A stretch of DNA of 64,000 bases. Source: Bacteroidota bacterium. GTDB taxonomy: Bacteria > Bacteroidota > Bacteroidia > UKL13-3. Location: NCBI GenBank assembly GCA_947459415.1, contig CANHDN010000002.1:163-64162 (forward strand), written 5' to 3'. Made by a program: the position numbers and the translations under genes. Shown here piece by piece: positions 1 through 9,446 of the stretch (the first letter of the stretch is position 1; every line of letters begins with the position of its first letter). The notes under the pieces are model-generated. The model worked only from the letters and a program-made list of their open reading frames with translations. It did no database searches and had not been told where the DNA came from.

Positions 1-629
1 CTGCACCTTGCACATGGTTTAATCGCTTTAAATCTATTTTCTTTAATTTTAAAATCACCCCATTGATCTTCTGCAAAAGGCGCTGATCCGCTAATAACGA
101 TATTTGGTCTGAACCTATCCATTAAAACAGGTTCTTGCAATTGATTATTTAAAAATTGTAATGAAGCAGATCCAATTAATAAGATAGGAAATCCATCAGC
201 AAAACTCACACTTGAATTTGCAGGAACATTGGTTTCAATTAAAAGTCTTTGGCTATGTTCTGGCATAAATACAAGCCTACATGTTCTATCAATGATCTTA
301 GAAAACCATTCATCCACTTCCTTATCTAAAAAATGGGCTATACATGAATCATTCCATACCTTAACAAGTTGTTCAGGGCCGCTTATTTGAAAGGGTATTT
401 CAATAGCAGATAATCCATTTGGAGAATAAATTAAAAAACCCGTTTTATGCATTTGAACCTTACATTGAGACAAAATCGGCAATTCTCTTTGCGATAAAAA
501 CTGATTGTTTTCATCTACTAACATCCAGCGTCTATCAAACTGCAAGCCTTTCGTTTGAATCATTGATGTTTCAACTGAAATTCCAGGTAAACCTTTAATT
601 GGATAAATAAAAATTGCTGAAATATGCAT
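1..629 (-). CDS. MOSC domain-containing protein (N-terminal beta-barrel plus MOSC); C-terminus runs off the left window edge
   Basis: This ORF is absent from the supplied track because it has no stop codon in the window. Manual minus-strand translation from the ATG (complement of 627-629) gives MHISAIFIYPIKGLPGISVETSMIQTKGLQFDRRWMLVDENNQFLSQRELP...FRPNIVISGSAPFAEDQWGDFKIKENRFKAIKPCARC and stays open to base 1. The IYPIKG...DRRWM start and the KPCxRC motif are typical of MOSC proteins. Confidence 0.75.
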   Translation of the reverse strand, partial: MHISAIFIYPIKGLPGISVETSMIQTKGLQFDRRWMLVDENNQFLSQRELPILSQCKVQMHKTGFLIYSPNGLSAIEIPFQISGPEQLVKVWNDSCIAHFLDKEVDEWFSKIIDRTCRLVFMPEHSQRLLIETNVPANSSVSFADGFPILLIGSASLQFLNNQLQEPVLMDRFRPNIVISGSAPFAEDQWGDFKIKENRFKAIKPCARC

Positions 630-640
630 ATCAAATTTAC

Positions 641-1639
641 CTATTTAGGCCTATATGCACTTTCTCTTAAAATCATATCCCATTGTTGATTATCCATTAA
701 TTGCTTTAAACTTTTACTGGTTCCTTGTTCCATATATTGTTTCACAATTTGATATCCTGCAAACACCCCAATGGCTGGTGCAGATTCTTGCGGAACCCCA
801 TTTGCAATGGTAAATGGTCCATCATTCACATACCTCATATAAACCGAGGGATCTTGGTTAAAAAGCATTTTATTCTCTAATAAATGAGCCCAAATCATTC
901 CTTCATTTTCATTTGCCCATTGCAGCTGCGCTTGAGAATACCCAAACAAAATAGTATCTGGAATCTGAGGTGCTATTTCTTTTACAAAATATCGAATCTT
1001 TCCTTCAAATAACATCATTGCCAAAAAGCGTTTATCTTTTAACTGATGTTCATATTTCCCAATTGCCATAGACTTAAGAGTATTACACAATAGGTATTCT
1101 TTTCTAAGTTTTGCTACCATAAATTCTGGGAAATCTAATGCCGGATACAAGGCATAACTTGACCCCAAATACATATCTAAGCCAATGGCTATCATGGTAT
1201 CAAAATTGGCATGTGCATAACCAAATTCTGAAATGAAAGTAAGAAAAGAAGGAATTTTTTCTGCAGGAAATGTTACTTGATAATTCCCCATTGCCTCACT
1301 CAGCTCAGACTCAAAATTCTTTAAATTTGGAAATACACTATCTACCTCATACTTTAGTTGTTTAATACTTGGAAAAGAAACAAACTTTTCTAATGATGCT
1401 TGGTATGCAATGGGTCTTTCCTCTTCACTAATATTGAGCATTTCTTCTGCAAAAGTTTGATAAAATGGGCCATATTTCTGTTGTAAAGCTAGGTAGTGAT
1501 TCTTATCCTTAAGAGATTCCGGATTAAATAAATCTTGCTCAAAGCGCAAAAGTTTAATAGGAGCCACTTCATTTTGACAGCCGATAAACAAAAGCGCAAC
1601 TATTAAGAGATAAACACTAACTTTGATTGTATGAAACAT
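641..1639 (-). CDS. gldB: gliding motility lipoprotein GldB
   Basis: The 332-aa product has a lipoprotein signal peptide ending LFIGC. Its C-terminal half (GYSQAQLQWANENEGMIWAHLLENKMLFNQDP...ESAPAIGVFAGYQIVKQYM...YRPK) matches my recollection of Flavobacterium johnsoniae GldB. It is divergent from nadE, as I recall for other Bacteroidota. Confidence 0.8.
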   Translation of the reverse strand: MFHTIKVSVYLLIVALLFIGCQNEVAPIKLLRFEQDLFNPESLKDKNHYLALQQKYGPFYQTFAEEMLNISEEERPIAYQASLEKFVSFPSIKQLKYEVDSVFPNLKNFESELSEAMGNYQVTFPAEKIPSFLTFISEFGYAHANFDTMIAIGLDMYLGSSYALYPALDFPEFMVAKLRKEYLLCNTLKSMAIGKYEHQLKDKRFLAMMLFEGKIRYFVKEIAPQIPDTILFGYSQAQLQWANENEGMIWAHLLENKMLFNQDPSVYMRYVNDGPFTIANGVPQESAPAIGVFAGYQIVKQYMEQGTSKSLKQLMDNQQWDMILRESAYRPK

Positions 1640-1859
1640 ATTGATTTGTGAAAGGTTAATTATGGAAAACTTTTGGCAATATCTGTATTTGGAACTAAAT
1701 TTGGCATCAAATAGTGATAGTTTAAAAACAAAAACATGATAATTGACAATTCTATCCTATTTGGCATACATTCAATTTATGATAAATTATTATGTATTGG
1801 GATAGAAAATCCCCAAATGAGTAACATGTTCATCAGCGTATCATTCTAAAATAACATCA

Positions 1860-3512
1860 GTGAAGATTACCCTTTCCCAACTTAGTTTTCATACAGGCAA
1901 TTTTGCAGAAAATACTTCTAAAATAATTTCTGCTATACAAGAGGCTGAACTTTTAGGTTCAGATATCATCGTATTTTCTGAATTAGCAACCTGTGGATAC
2001 CCAGCTCGCGATTTTCTGGTGTTCGATGATTTCATAAATCAAGCATTAGAGAGCATCACAAGCATTGCAAAACATTGCACCAAGATTGCTGCCATCGTAG
2101 GATCACCAAGAGTTAATAACCTCTCTAAAGGCAAAGCATTGTTTAACGCTGCCTATTTTTTATGCAATGGGGAAATAGCTCACATAACAGATAAAACATT
2201 GTTACCCAACTACGATATTTTTGATGAGTATCGGTATTTTGAGCCAAATAAAAACTTTGAGATAATTGCCTATAAAGAATTTAAAATAGCGTTGACCATC
2301 TGTGAAGACTTATGGAATATTGTTGAAAATCCAATCTATCCAACTAGTCCGATGGATGAGCTAATTAAACAAGAACCAGATTTCATCATCAATATTGCCG
2401 CCTCTCCCTATTCAAAAACACAAATTGCAGAGCGGCAAAAAGTATTACAATCCAATGCACTTAAATATCAAATACCTGTTTTTTACGTAAACCACATAGG
2501 GGCGCAAACCCATTTAATATTTGATGGAGGTTCTTGCGTGGTAGAAAAAAATGGCGCTATTATTCACGAACTTGCCTATTTTAAAGAAGATACTAAAAGT
2601 TTTGAAATAATTAAGAATAGTGAATCCATAGATGTAATTGTGGCTAACCCTAGTAAAAGTAGGGAAAGAAACCAATTGAAAGACATTGAAAACGCACTTA
2701 TTTTAGGAATCAAGCAATACTTTCAGAAACTAGGTTTTAAACAAGCCATACTTGGGCTATCTGGTGGTATTGATTCTGCTTTGGTATGCTATTTGGCCTG
2801 CAAAGCGCTGGGTAATGAGAATGTATGGGCCATATTAATGCCCAGTCAGTTTAGCTCCCAACATTCTGTAGACGATAGCGTAAAATTGGTTCAGAATCTA
2901 CAAATCAAACATGATATTATTCCCATAGAAAACACCTTTCAATCTTTCTTAAACAGCTTACATGAGTTTTATAAAGATACTCCGTTTGGACTGGCAGAAG
3001 AGAACCTTCAAAGTAGAACCAGAGGAGTTATTTTAATGGGATTGGCTAATAAATTTGGACATATATTATTAAACACAAGCAATAAAAGTGAACTAGCTGT
3101 TGGCTACGGCACCTTATATGGTGATATGTGTGGAGGATTATCAGTAATAGGTGATTTATACAAAACTGAGATTTACGCCTTGTGTGAATACATTAATAAA
3201 GATAAAGAAATAATCCCATCAAATATTCTCAGTAAGGCTCCATCTGCAGAATTACGCCCAGATCAAAAGGATAGCGATAGCTTACCGCCATACGAAGTGT
3301 TAGACGCCTTATTAAATAATTATATTGAGGAAGAAATGGGACCAACACAAATTATACAAGCAGGCTTTGAACCTAATTTGGTTCAGAAAATATTACGTAT
3401 GGTAAACATGAATGAATGGAAGAGATGGCAAGCTCCACCTGTACTGCGCTTATCCAAAAAGGCTTTCGGCCCTGGAAGGCGTGTGCCTATATCTGGCAAA
3501 TACTTAAGTTAA
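1860..3512 (+). CDS. nadE: glutamine-dependent NAD+ synthetase
   Basis: The 550-aa product has an N-terminal CN-hydrolase (glutaminase) domain fused to a C-terminal NAD synthetase domain with the PP-loop LSGGIDSALV. The GTG start is as given in the track. Confidence 0.9.
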   Translation: MKITLSQLSFHTGNFAENTSKIISAIQEAELLGSDIIVFSELATCGYPARDFLVFDDFINQALESITSIAKHCTKIAAIVGSPRVNNLSKGKALFNAAYFLCNGEIAHITDKTLLPNYDIFDEYRYFEPNKNFEIIAYKEFKIALTICEDLWNIVENPIYPTSPMDELIKQEPDFIINIAASPYSKTQIAERQKVLQSNALKYQIPVFYVNHIGAQTHLIFDGGSCVVEKNGAIIHELAYFKEDTKSFEIIKNSESIDVIVANPSKSRERNQLKDIENALILGIKQYFQKLGFKQAILGLSGGIDSALVCYLACKALGNENVWAILMPSQFSSQHSVDDSVKLVQNLQIKHDIIPIENTFQSFLNSLHEFYKDTPFGLAEENLQSRTRGVILMGLANKFGHILLNTSNKSELAVGYGTLYGDMCGGLSVIGDLYKTEIYALCEYINKDKEIIPSNILSKAPSAELRPDQKDSDSLPPYEVLDALLNNYIEEEMGPTQIIQAGFEPNLVQKILRMVNMNEWKRWQAPPVLRLSKKAFGPGRRVPISGKYLS

Positions 3513-4879
3513 GCCATTCGATTTAAAGTAAATACAGTAATTTCTGGCAAAATCCCTACCCTACCCGGATAACCCAAAAATCCAAAGCCCCTATTTACGT
3601 ATAACATTTGTTGTTCAATTTTATATAAATCGGCCCAATGAGGGTATATAAGTTGAGAAGGACTCCACCTAAAACTTCCAAATTCTACCCCAAACTGAAA
3701 ACCATGTGTATGACCAGATAACGTTAGATCTATATCTGTATGTTTTTTTGAAACAATTGCATCAAAGTGACTAGGATCATGAGAAAGCAATATTTTTACA
3801 GGCACATCTGGCATTCCGGCTTTGGCTTTATCAATATCTCCAAAACGCTGAAATCTTCCGCGATCTCCCCAATTTTCTACACCTAAAATGGCAATTCGTT
3901 TGTTTTCTTTTTCTAATAATACATGTTCATTTCTGAGCAAATTCCAACCCATATTTTTATGTACATCAAACAAATCAGTTAAATTTTTTGCCTTCGCCTC
4001 CGGACTGGCCCAATCACTCACATAATCTCCATAATCATGATTTCCTAATATGGAATACACTCCCATGGGTGCCTTAACCTCACTAAACATATCAGCCCAT
4101 TCATAGGCTTCATCTGTTTTATTATTAACAAAATCACCTGTAAAAACTGCTACATGTGCTTTTTGCTCTTTAATTAATTGGATTCCTTTATATACGGCAT
4201 CTTTATCAAAAAAACTACCTGTATGAACATCAGAAATTTGTAATACTTTTAATCCATCAAATGCCTCTGGCAAATTAGGCAATACCAAATTAACTCTTCT
4301 AACTTGGTAATTATAAGCTCCAGAGAACAATCCACGAGAAAGCATAACAAAAGGAACTGCGCCAGCCACCAAACCAGCTCGGGCAATAAATTCTGAGCGA
4401 GAAATTTTCTTTTCATCAGATACTAAAGCCTCTTCCATTTCCTCTTCTTCAGCCTGTTCATTCTTCTTGGAAATAGTACGCTCCATACCATGCCAAATCC
4501 AAATAAAGAAACGTTTTATATCATCTACAACAATAAAAAGAAAAGCAATTAACTTAGATGCATACAAGATAAAAAAGAAACCCATTACATAGGTTTTGAG
4601 TAATCGATTAGCAGCTAGGGTACTATTTATTTGTGATAAAAATAAAGTGATAATAATAAGGACCGGCACCAGCCAATAGATTATCTTTATAGTTTTTTGA
4701 TACCAAACAGGACGGTTCTTAATAAGTACTTTTATGGCTTGCCATAAATATAAATCTATCAGAAAAATAAACAGGCTAAAGCCCAAGAACATTTTAATTT
4801 TATAAGATTGCATGAATTGCGAGTGAAAATTATGTTTCAAATAAACAAAAGATTTAGGGTTTAGTTCATACCGTCTCAT
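3509..4879 (-). CDS. membrane-anchored metallophosphoesterase
   Basis: Several N-terminal hydrophobic helices are followed by calcineurin-like phosphoesterase motifs (ISDVHTG, FTGDFVN, LGNHDYG, SGHTHG). The true start may be an internal Met (MQSYKIKM...). Confidence 0.8.
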   Translation of the reverse strand: MRRYELNPKSFVYLKHNFHSQFMQSYKIKMFLGFSLFIFLIDLYLWQAIKVLIKNRPVWYQKTIKIIYWLVPVLIIITLFLSQINSTLAANRLLKTYVMGFFFILYASKLIAFLFIVVDDIKRFFIWIWHGMERTISKKNEQAEEEEMEEALVSDEKKISRSEFIARAGLVAGAVPFVMLSRGLFSGAYNYQVRRVNLVLPNLPEAFDGLKVLQISDVHTGSFFDKDAVYKGIQLIKEQKAHVAVFTGDFVNNKTDEAYEWADMFSEVKAPMGVYSILGNHDYGDYVSDWASPEAKAKNLTDLFDVHKNMGWNLLRNEHVLLEKENKRIAILGVENWGDRGRFQRFGDIDKAKAGMPDVPVKILLSHDPSHFDAIVSKKHTDIDLTLSGHTHGFQFGVEFGSFRWSPSQLIYPHWADLYKIEQQMLYVNRGFGFLGYPGRVGILPEITVFTLNRMA

Positions 4880-4969
4880 TTAAAATAAAGGATTGAGATC
4901 TTTTTAATCTAAAAAAGCTATAAAAAAACATGAGAATAAGAAATACTTGCTTAAAATTGTAAACGAAAC

Positions 4970-5713
4970 ATGGGAAAAACAGCAAAAGCTATTGGTAAAA
5001 AATTAAATCAACTTAAGATATTTCTTTTGAAAATATTCTTATTGGCTTTTCAAATTAGTTTATTCTTTATCATCGTCTACAGGGTAGTACCTGTGGTCAT
5101 TACGCCATTGCCCGTAAAAAGATTATTTGAGCAAGCCTTTGGAGAAGATCCCATGCGTTTAAAAAAGGATTGGGAAAGTATCGAGAATTTGGGGAAGAAC
5201 ATTTGTTTAGCCAGTGTAACTTCTGAAGACCCTAAATTCTTTAAGCATTATGGATTTGATTTTGAGCAAATTTATGAATCTATAAAAAAGAGCTTCGACA
5301 AAGGAAAAAAACCAAGAGGTGCAAGTACAATCAGTCAGCAAACTGCCAAAAATTTGTTTTTTACCCCCAATAGAAGTTGGATTAGAAAAGGTTTGGAGGT
5401 GTATGTTACCATCGCTATTGAAACCCTTTGGACAAAAAAAAGAATATTAGAAGTCTATCTCAATATTATTGAAATGGGAAAGGGAATCTATGGAGCTGAA
5501 GCGGCCGCATTGTTTTATTTCAATAAACCTGCTAGCAAATTAACTGCACAAGAGGCAGCTGCCATGGCTGCCTGTTACCCAAATCCGAGGCGATGGACTG
5601 CTAATAAGCCTTCTCGGTATATCAGAAAAAAGCAACAAATCATAGCCAGGTATATGTATAAAATTGGACCATTACCATGGGAAAATAAAAATAAAACGAA
5701 AAAGCCTGCTTGA
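4970..5713 (+). CDS. mtgA: monofunctional biosynthetic peptidoglycan transglycosylase
   Basis: The 247-aa product has one N-terminal TM helix followed by GT51 motifs (EDPKFFKHYGFD, RGASTISQQTAKNLF, KRILEVYLN). Confidence 0.85.
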   Translation: MGKTAKAIGKKLNQLKIFLLKIFLLAFQISLFFIIVYRVVPVVITPLPVKRLFEQAFGEDPMRLKKDWESIENLGKNICLASVTSEDPKFFKHYGFDFEQIYESIKKSFDKGKKPRGASTISQQTAKNLFFTPNRSWIRKGLEVYVTIAIETLWTKKRILEVYLNIIEMGKGIYGAEAAALFYFNKPASKLTAQEAAAMAACYPNPRRWTANKPSRYIRKKQQIIARYMYKIGPLPWENKNKTKKPA

Positions 5714-5727
5714 GCAGGCTTTTTCGT
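5697..5727. terminator. bidirectional rho-independent terminator between convergent mtgA and the OmpA-family gene
   Basis: The sequence AAAAAGCCTGC-TTGA-GCAGGCTTTTT is a perfect GC-rich stem flanked by an A-run and a T-run. The mtgA stop codon lies in the loop. Confidence 0.8.
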
Positions 5728-5728
5728 T

Positions 5729-7237
5729 TTATTTGGGTAATACTTCTTTATCTATTCTAGGTTGACGTTTTTGTATAGGACGAATAATTCTAAATTCAAC
5801 CTTTCTATCTAAACCTTCAGTGCTTAATTTATACTTCTCAATATATGGATCTTTATAAGAGAAAACAAGCATACGCTGTTCTTCAATTTCATAAACCTTA
5901 TATAATCTTCTCTTAACCTCTAGGGCTCTTCTTTCAGCCAAGGTTAATTGCGTAAGATTCGGCTTATTATTATCAGAATGACCAATAATTACCAGAGAAG
6001 CTGAAGAGTCTACCATTAAAATTCGAGCAATTTGCTGCAATAAACTATATTGCTCAACATGCACTGTAAAATGGTTTGGCGGAAACACAATGGTAGGCAA
6101 TCCAAAACCACTTTTAGATATCGTTACAAATTCAGTTTTAGGAATTGAATCATTTAAGCGGTATAAATTACCTGTTCCATCGTTACCCCCAGAACCATCA
6201 GGAAAATATAAACCCAGAGACTTACTAAAACCATATGGATCTGGATCTATAGAATCAGGAATACCATCATCATCACTATCTAAAGTAACCCCTTTGTTGT
6301 CTACTTTATATCCTTCTGGTGTATTAGGTTCTTGGTCTAAGTAATCTGGAATACCATCTTTATCCGTATCTACTTTCATGGCATCTGCCTGATCTTTGGC
6401 ATCTTGTAAGTCTCTATAAATTTTATCAATTGGGTTACTCCAATCTAAATGATTTGGCTTATTTTTAGATGTAATATTATAGGATAAATTAAACATAAAA
6501 TATCCATTCCCATCTGGCAGCGTGCTGGCAATTTTAGAGATGTCAATATCATCGTTTGAACCGATAAAATAATCAAATTCAACCCCGATGTCTATGTTCT
6601 TAGTAACTTTACGCTTAAACCCCAAAATGAGTGGTACAGCCAGGCTTGTATTACTCAATCTGCTTATATTTTCTCTTTGATTGGTAATTGAATTAAATGT
6701 ATCCTTAGATGAGCTATAAGACAACCTACTTAAACCTATTCCAAAATAAAAGTTGTTTCTCGGAAAACTCTGACGGTAATCTATGGTACCTAAATTAAAA
6801 ATAGCTTGCAAAGAGAGATTATTGAGACTGCTATTAAAATAGATATTTTCTTTGGCATTGGTTCTGCTATTTGCTCCAGAAATCTCTCCTTGTAGATACT
6901 GTAATCGTAAACCCATAATATGATTTAACGATACTTTGGCATAGGCGCCAAAACCCGGTGAAATGGCATCTGCAGGAATATCTGAGGCTCCAAAAGCAAT
7001 TCCAAAATTTCCACCCAAAGAAAACCTGCTATACATGGCAGGTGGAATAATATTCATGGTGTCTGAAACTTTTTCTTTCTTAACTGGCTTTGGAGTAGAC
7101 CCAGATTCATCTAATACAGAAATATCTGGCTGGGGCAACTTCCCAATCGACCCTTTTTCTGGGGCTTTCGGCGTTCTTTGGGCAAATGAATTACTTGCCA
7201 GCAAAATGAAAGTACAAACAAAAAAAATAGTTCTCAT
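5729..7237 (-). CDS. OmpA family outer-membrane protein with thrombospondin-type-3 repeats
   Basis: The product has a signal peptide and an N-terminal barrel-like region. It carries Asp-rich calcium-binding repeats (DTDKDGIPDYLD, DSDDDGIPDSID) and a C-terminal OmpA/MotB-like domain (VIIGHSDN...LAERRALEV). Confidence 0.8.
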   Translation of the reverse strand: MRTIFFVCTFILLASNSFAQRTPKAPEKGSIGKLPQPDISVLDESGSTPKPVKKEKVSDTMNIIPPAMYSRFSLGGNFGIAFGASDIPADAISPGFGAYAKVSLNHIMGLRLQYLQGEISGANSRTNAKENIYFNSSLNNLSLQAIFNLGTIDYRQSFPRNNFYFGIGLSRLSYSSSKDTFNSITNQRENISRLSNTSLAVPLILGFKRKVTKNIDIGVEFDYFIGSNDDIDISKIASTLPDGNGYFMFNLSYNITSKNKPNHLDWSNPIDKIYRDLQDAKDQADAMKVDTDKDGIPDYLDQEPNTPEGYKVDNKGVTLDSDDDGIPDSIDPDPYGFSKSLGLYFPDGSGGNDGTGNLYRLNDSIPKTEFVTISKSGFGLPTIVFPPNHFTVHVEQYSLLQQIARILMVDSSASLVIIGHSDNNKPNLTQLTLAERRALEVKRRLYKVYEIEEQRMLVFSYKDPYIEKYKLSTEGLDRKVEFRIIRPIQKRQPRIDKEVLPK

Positions 7238-7323
7238 ACAATGGGTTCTTTGCAGTAAAATATCTGCTAAGATAATTCATTGTATGAGAACTCTATCATT
7301 TCTCAGAATCAGTTATCTACAAA

Positions 7324-9348
7324 CTACTGTGCATTGTATAGGTATATCCAAGAACCTGGATCAATTTCTTTACGAGCCTTTCTTAAAACCCTGATAGCAT
7401 CTGCTTTATCATCGGTTGAAATCACAGCCAATCTCAACATTCTTGAGTTTGTTGAACTTCTATAGATGCTTGGGCTATACCCTTTAAGTGCTAATTGATC
7501 TTGTGTGTTTTTAGCAATAGATAATTTATTTACGCTATAACACCCAACGATTACATTGTATTTATAGGGTGGCGGAACTACATCATACGTGGCTATATAA
7601 GCTTTGGGCTTATTGTTAGTTTGACTTAGAGAAGAACTGTTACGTATTTTTGCTTCATACTTTTTAGCTGAAGAAACTGGAGCAGGTGATGTTGCAGGAG
7701 CCTGTACTGTTGTTTTTACTGGCACCGAAGATGGTTCAGGCACAGTTACATTTTCGTTGATAGGCGAAGGCTTAAGCTCTGGAGCAGGTGCAGAAGGAAC
7801 AGTTTTATCTTGAGCAGGCGCAGCTACTTGAGATACTGGCATCACTGAATCTGTAGCAGAGCCTTCACTAGCAGGCGCTGTTTCTACCGCAACAGGAATT
7901 ACCTCAATTTTTGGCTCCTCCGTAACAGGTTTTTCAATTACTGGAACTTGTTCCAGAACGGTTTTACGATTCTTGTAATTGTTATAGTTTTGATAGGCCC
8001 AATCTATATGCTCTCTATCTTTAGAAGTACCAATCTTGTATGTAACACCGGTATTAAGATATAAATGATTATCTATACTTGTATTAGCATAGGCTTGATC
8101 CAGGTATTTACTACCATTATAATTAAAATCTATTCCAGCTATTAGATCAAAATGTGCATTTATGTACTTTCTGGCTTGGTAACCAATAATAATGGTTTGA
8201 ATACCTGGTGAAAGAGAAAGTTTTGCATCTTTTACCGATTTATTATCTGCAAATGTAGCGTCGCCAGTGGCTTTGGTATATCCAGCGCCAATTACAGCAT
8301 AATGATTCCACATAGTTCTATTACTAGGCTCGGCAATCATACTTCTGATATTAATGAGCATTCTACCTGTTATTTGACTTAAGTTGGTAGAAAATTCTCG
8401 AACATATTCGGAAGAACCAACCATTGGAGTACCAGTTGTAGCCTGATTTCCAGCTACGTTTCCATATAAAAAATTAAATTGACCTGAAAGAAAATTATTA
8501 AATGAATGTCTGAGCCCAAGACCAAACATTCCTGTTACACGATAAGCAACAGGCGAAAGTAAAATTGGCAAACCCACCGATCCATCTATGGCCCATTTGC
8601 TATAATCTTTAGGGTCATCGCTTTCTTTCTCAATATTCTTATGAGCCCAATCAATTAAATTTGCGTGCTTTTTAGCTCCTAATTTCACACTCAAGCCGGC
8701 GTAAAAATTTAAATAGGTATCTAAACTCGGATTATTCTTTTCTTTTATTCCATCTAAATAATACGTTTGAGCAAAATGATATTCTGCACCTGCATACAAA
8801 TCTATCAAATGATTTAAATAATAACGCGTACCAGCTCCTAATTGGTAATCTCTATATGGCGCACCAAAACTGCTAGCGCTAGAACCTGAACCATCTGCAA
8901 AACTTACTGTTGGCTTATACCAATACATACCAATACCCAAATTTACAAAAGGCAGCCACCTGGCATCAGGCATTTTATCTAAACCTAAAATATTGTGCAA
9001 ATTGTAATATACTATTCCATTCAGACCATAGGTTGGCGTACGAAAAGTTAACACATCACTTGCATCACCATCTAAACTGGTTTTCTTTCCATTCCCAGTG
9101 GCATTATTAAAAAAGGTGTGTGCAGTCAGTTTAGTTTCAAAGGACCAAGTTTTGTTGAAGGAATATCTTGCCGCACCAGTATAAATACCCATAAATTTAG
9201 AATTTACACCAAACAAAGTTGCAGGAATTCCAAGGGCTGCACTTGCAGATAATCGGGGTGATGTATTTTGTGCCATTGCACCTGTGCTAGTCAGAAAAAA
9301 TAGCAACAGAAATTTGATTGCAATAAGCTTTTGTAATGAATATCTCAT
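7324..9348 (-). CDS. outer-membrane protein with two barrel-like modules, a Pro/Ala-rich linker and a SPOR-like C-terminal domain
   Basis: The 674-aa product has a signal peptide ending GAMAQ. Two porin-like modules each end in H-x-IDWA (HANLIDWAH, REHIDWAY). A long PAVS-rich linker follows, then a C-terminal ~75 aa (YNVIVGCYS...LALKGYSPSIY...LRLAVIS) that resembles a SPOR fold. The coding call is strong; the function is tentative. Confidence 0.6.
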   Translation of the reverse strand: MRYSLQKLIAIKFLLLFFLTSTGAMAQNTSPRLSASAALGIPATLFGVNSKFMGIYTGAARYSFNKTWSFETKLTAHTFFNNATGNGKKTSLDGDASDVLTFRTPTYGLNGIVYYNLHNILGLDKMPDARWLPFVNLGIGMYWYKPTVSFADGSGSSASSFGAPYRDYQLGAGTRYYLNHLIDLYAGAEYHFAQTYYLDGIKEKNNPSLDTYLNFYAGLSVKLGAKKHANLIDWAHKNIEKESDDPKDYSKWAIDGSVGLPILLSPVAYRVTGMFGLGLRHSFNNFLSGQFNFLYGNVAGNQATTGTPMVGSSEYVREFSTNLSQITGRMLINIRSMIAEPSNRTMWNHYAVIGAGYTKATGDATFADNKSVKDAKLSLSPGIQTIIIGYQARKYINAHFDLIAGIDFNYNGSKYLDQAYANTSIDNHLYLNTGVTYKIGTSKDREHIDWAYQNYNNYKNRKTVLEQVPVIEKPVTEEPKIEVIPVAVETAPASEGSATDSVMPVSQVAAPAQDKTVPSAPAPELKPSPINENVTVPEPSSVPVKTTVQAPATSPAPVSSAKKYEAKIRNSSSLSQTNNKPKAYIATYDVVPPPYKYNVIVGCYSVNKLSIAKNTQDQLALKGYSPSIYRSSTNSRMLRLAVISTDDKADAIRVLRKARKEIDPGSWIYLYNAQ

Positions 9349-9446
9349 AGTAAGAAAATTTTATACAAATTTAGCATTTTATTTGGGTTTTCAAGCTTAA
9401 GATAACGTTAATTGCAGCAACAAATTCTGAAGAATTACAAGCAAAC

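Noticed and set aside
1672-1766. TTTGGCA is repeated three times (1672, 1700, 1760), with a TTTGGA at about 1688, in the gldB-nadE intergenic region. I considered a sigma-54 (-24 TGGCA) promoter or a regulator site.
   Set aside because: No copy has a TTGC -12 element at the required spacing. The repeats look like overlapping TAnnTTTG-type -7 boxes (for example TAAATTTG at 1696-1703), which are common in AT-rich Bacteroidota intergenic DNA. The evidence is too weak to call.
6090-9110. Plus-strand ORFs (6090-6344, 6963-7394, 7280-7465, 8910-9110) lie inside or across the two outer-membrane protein genes.
   Set aside because: These are antisense shadow ORFs of well-supported minus-strand genes. 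Their low-complexity, odd composition has no recognisable motifs.
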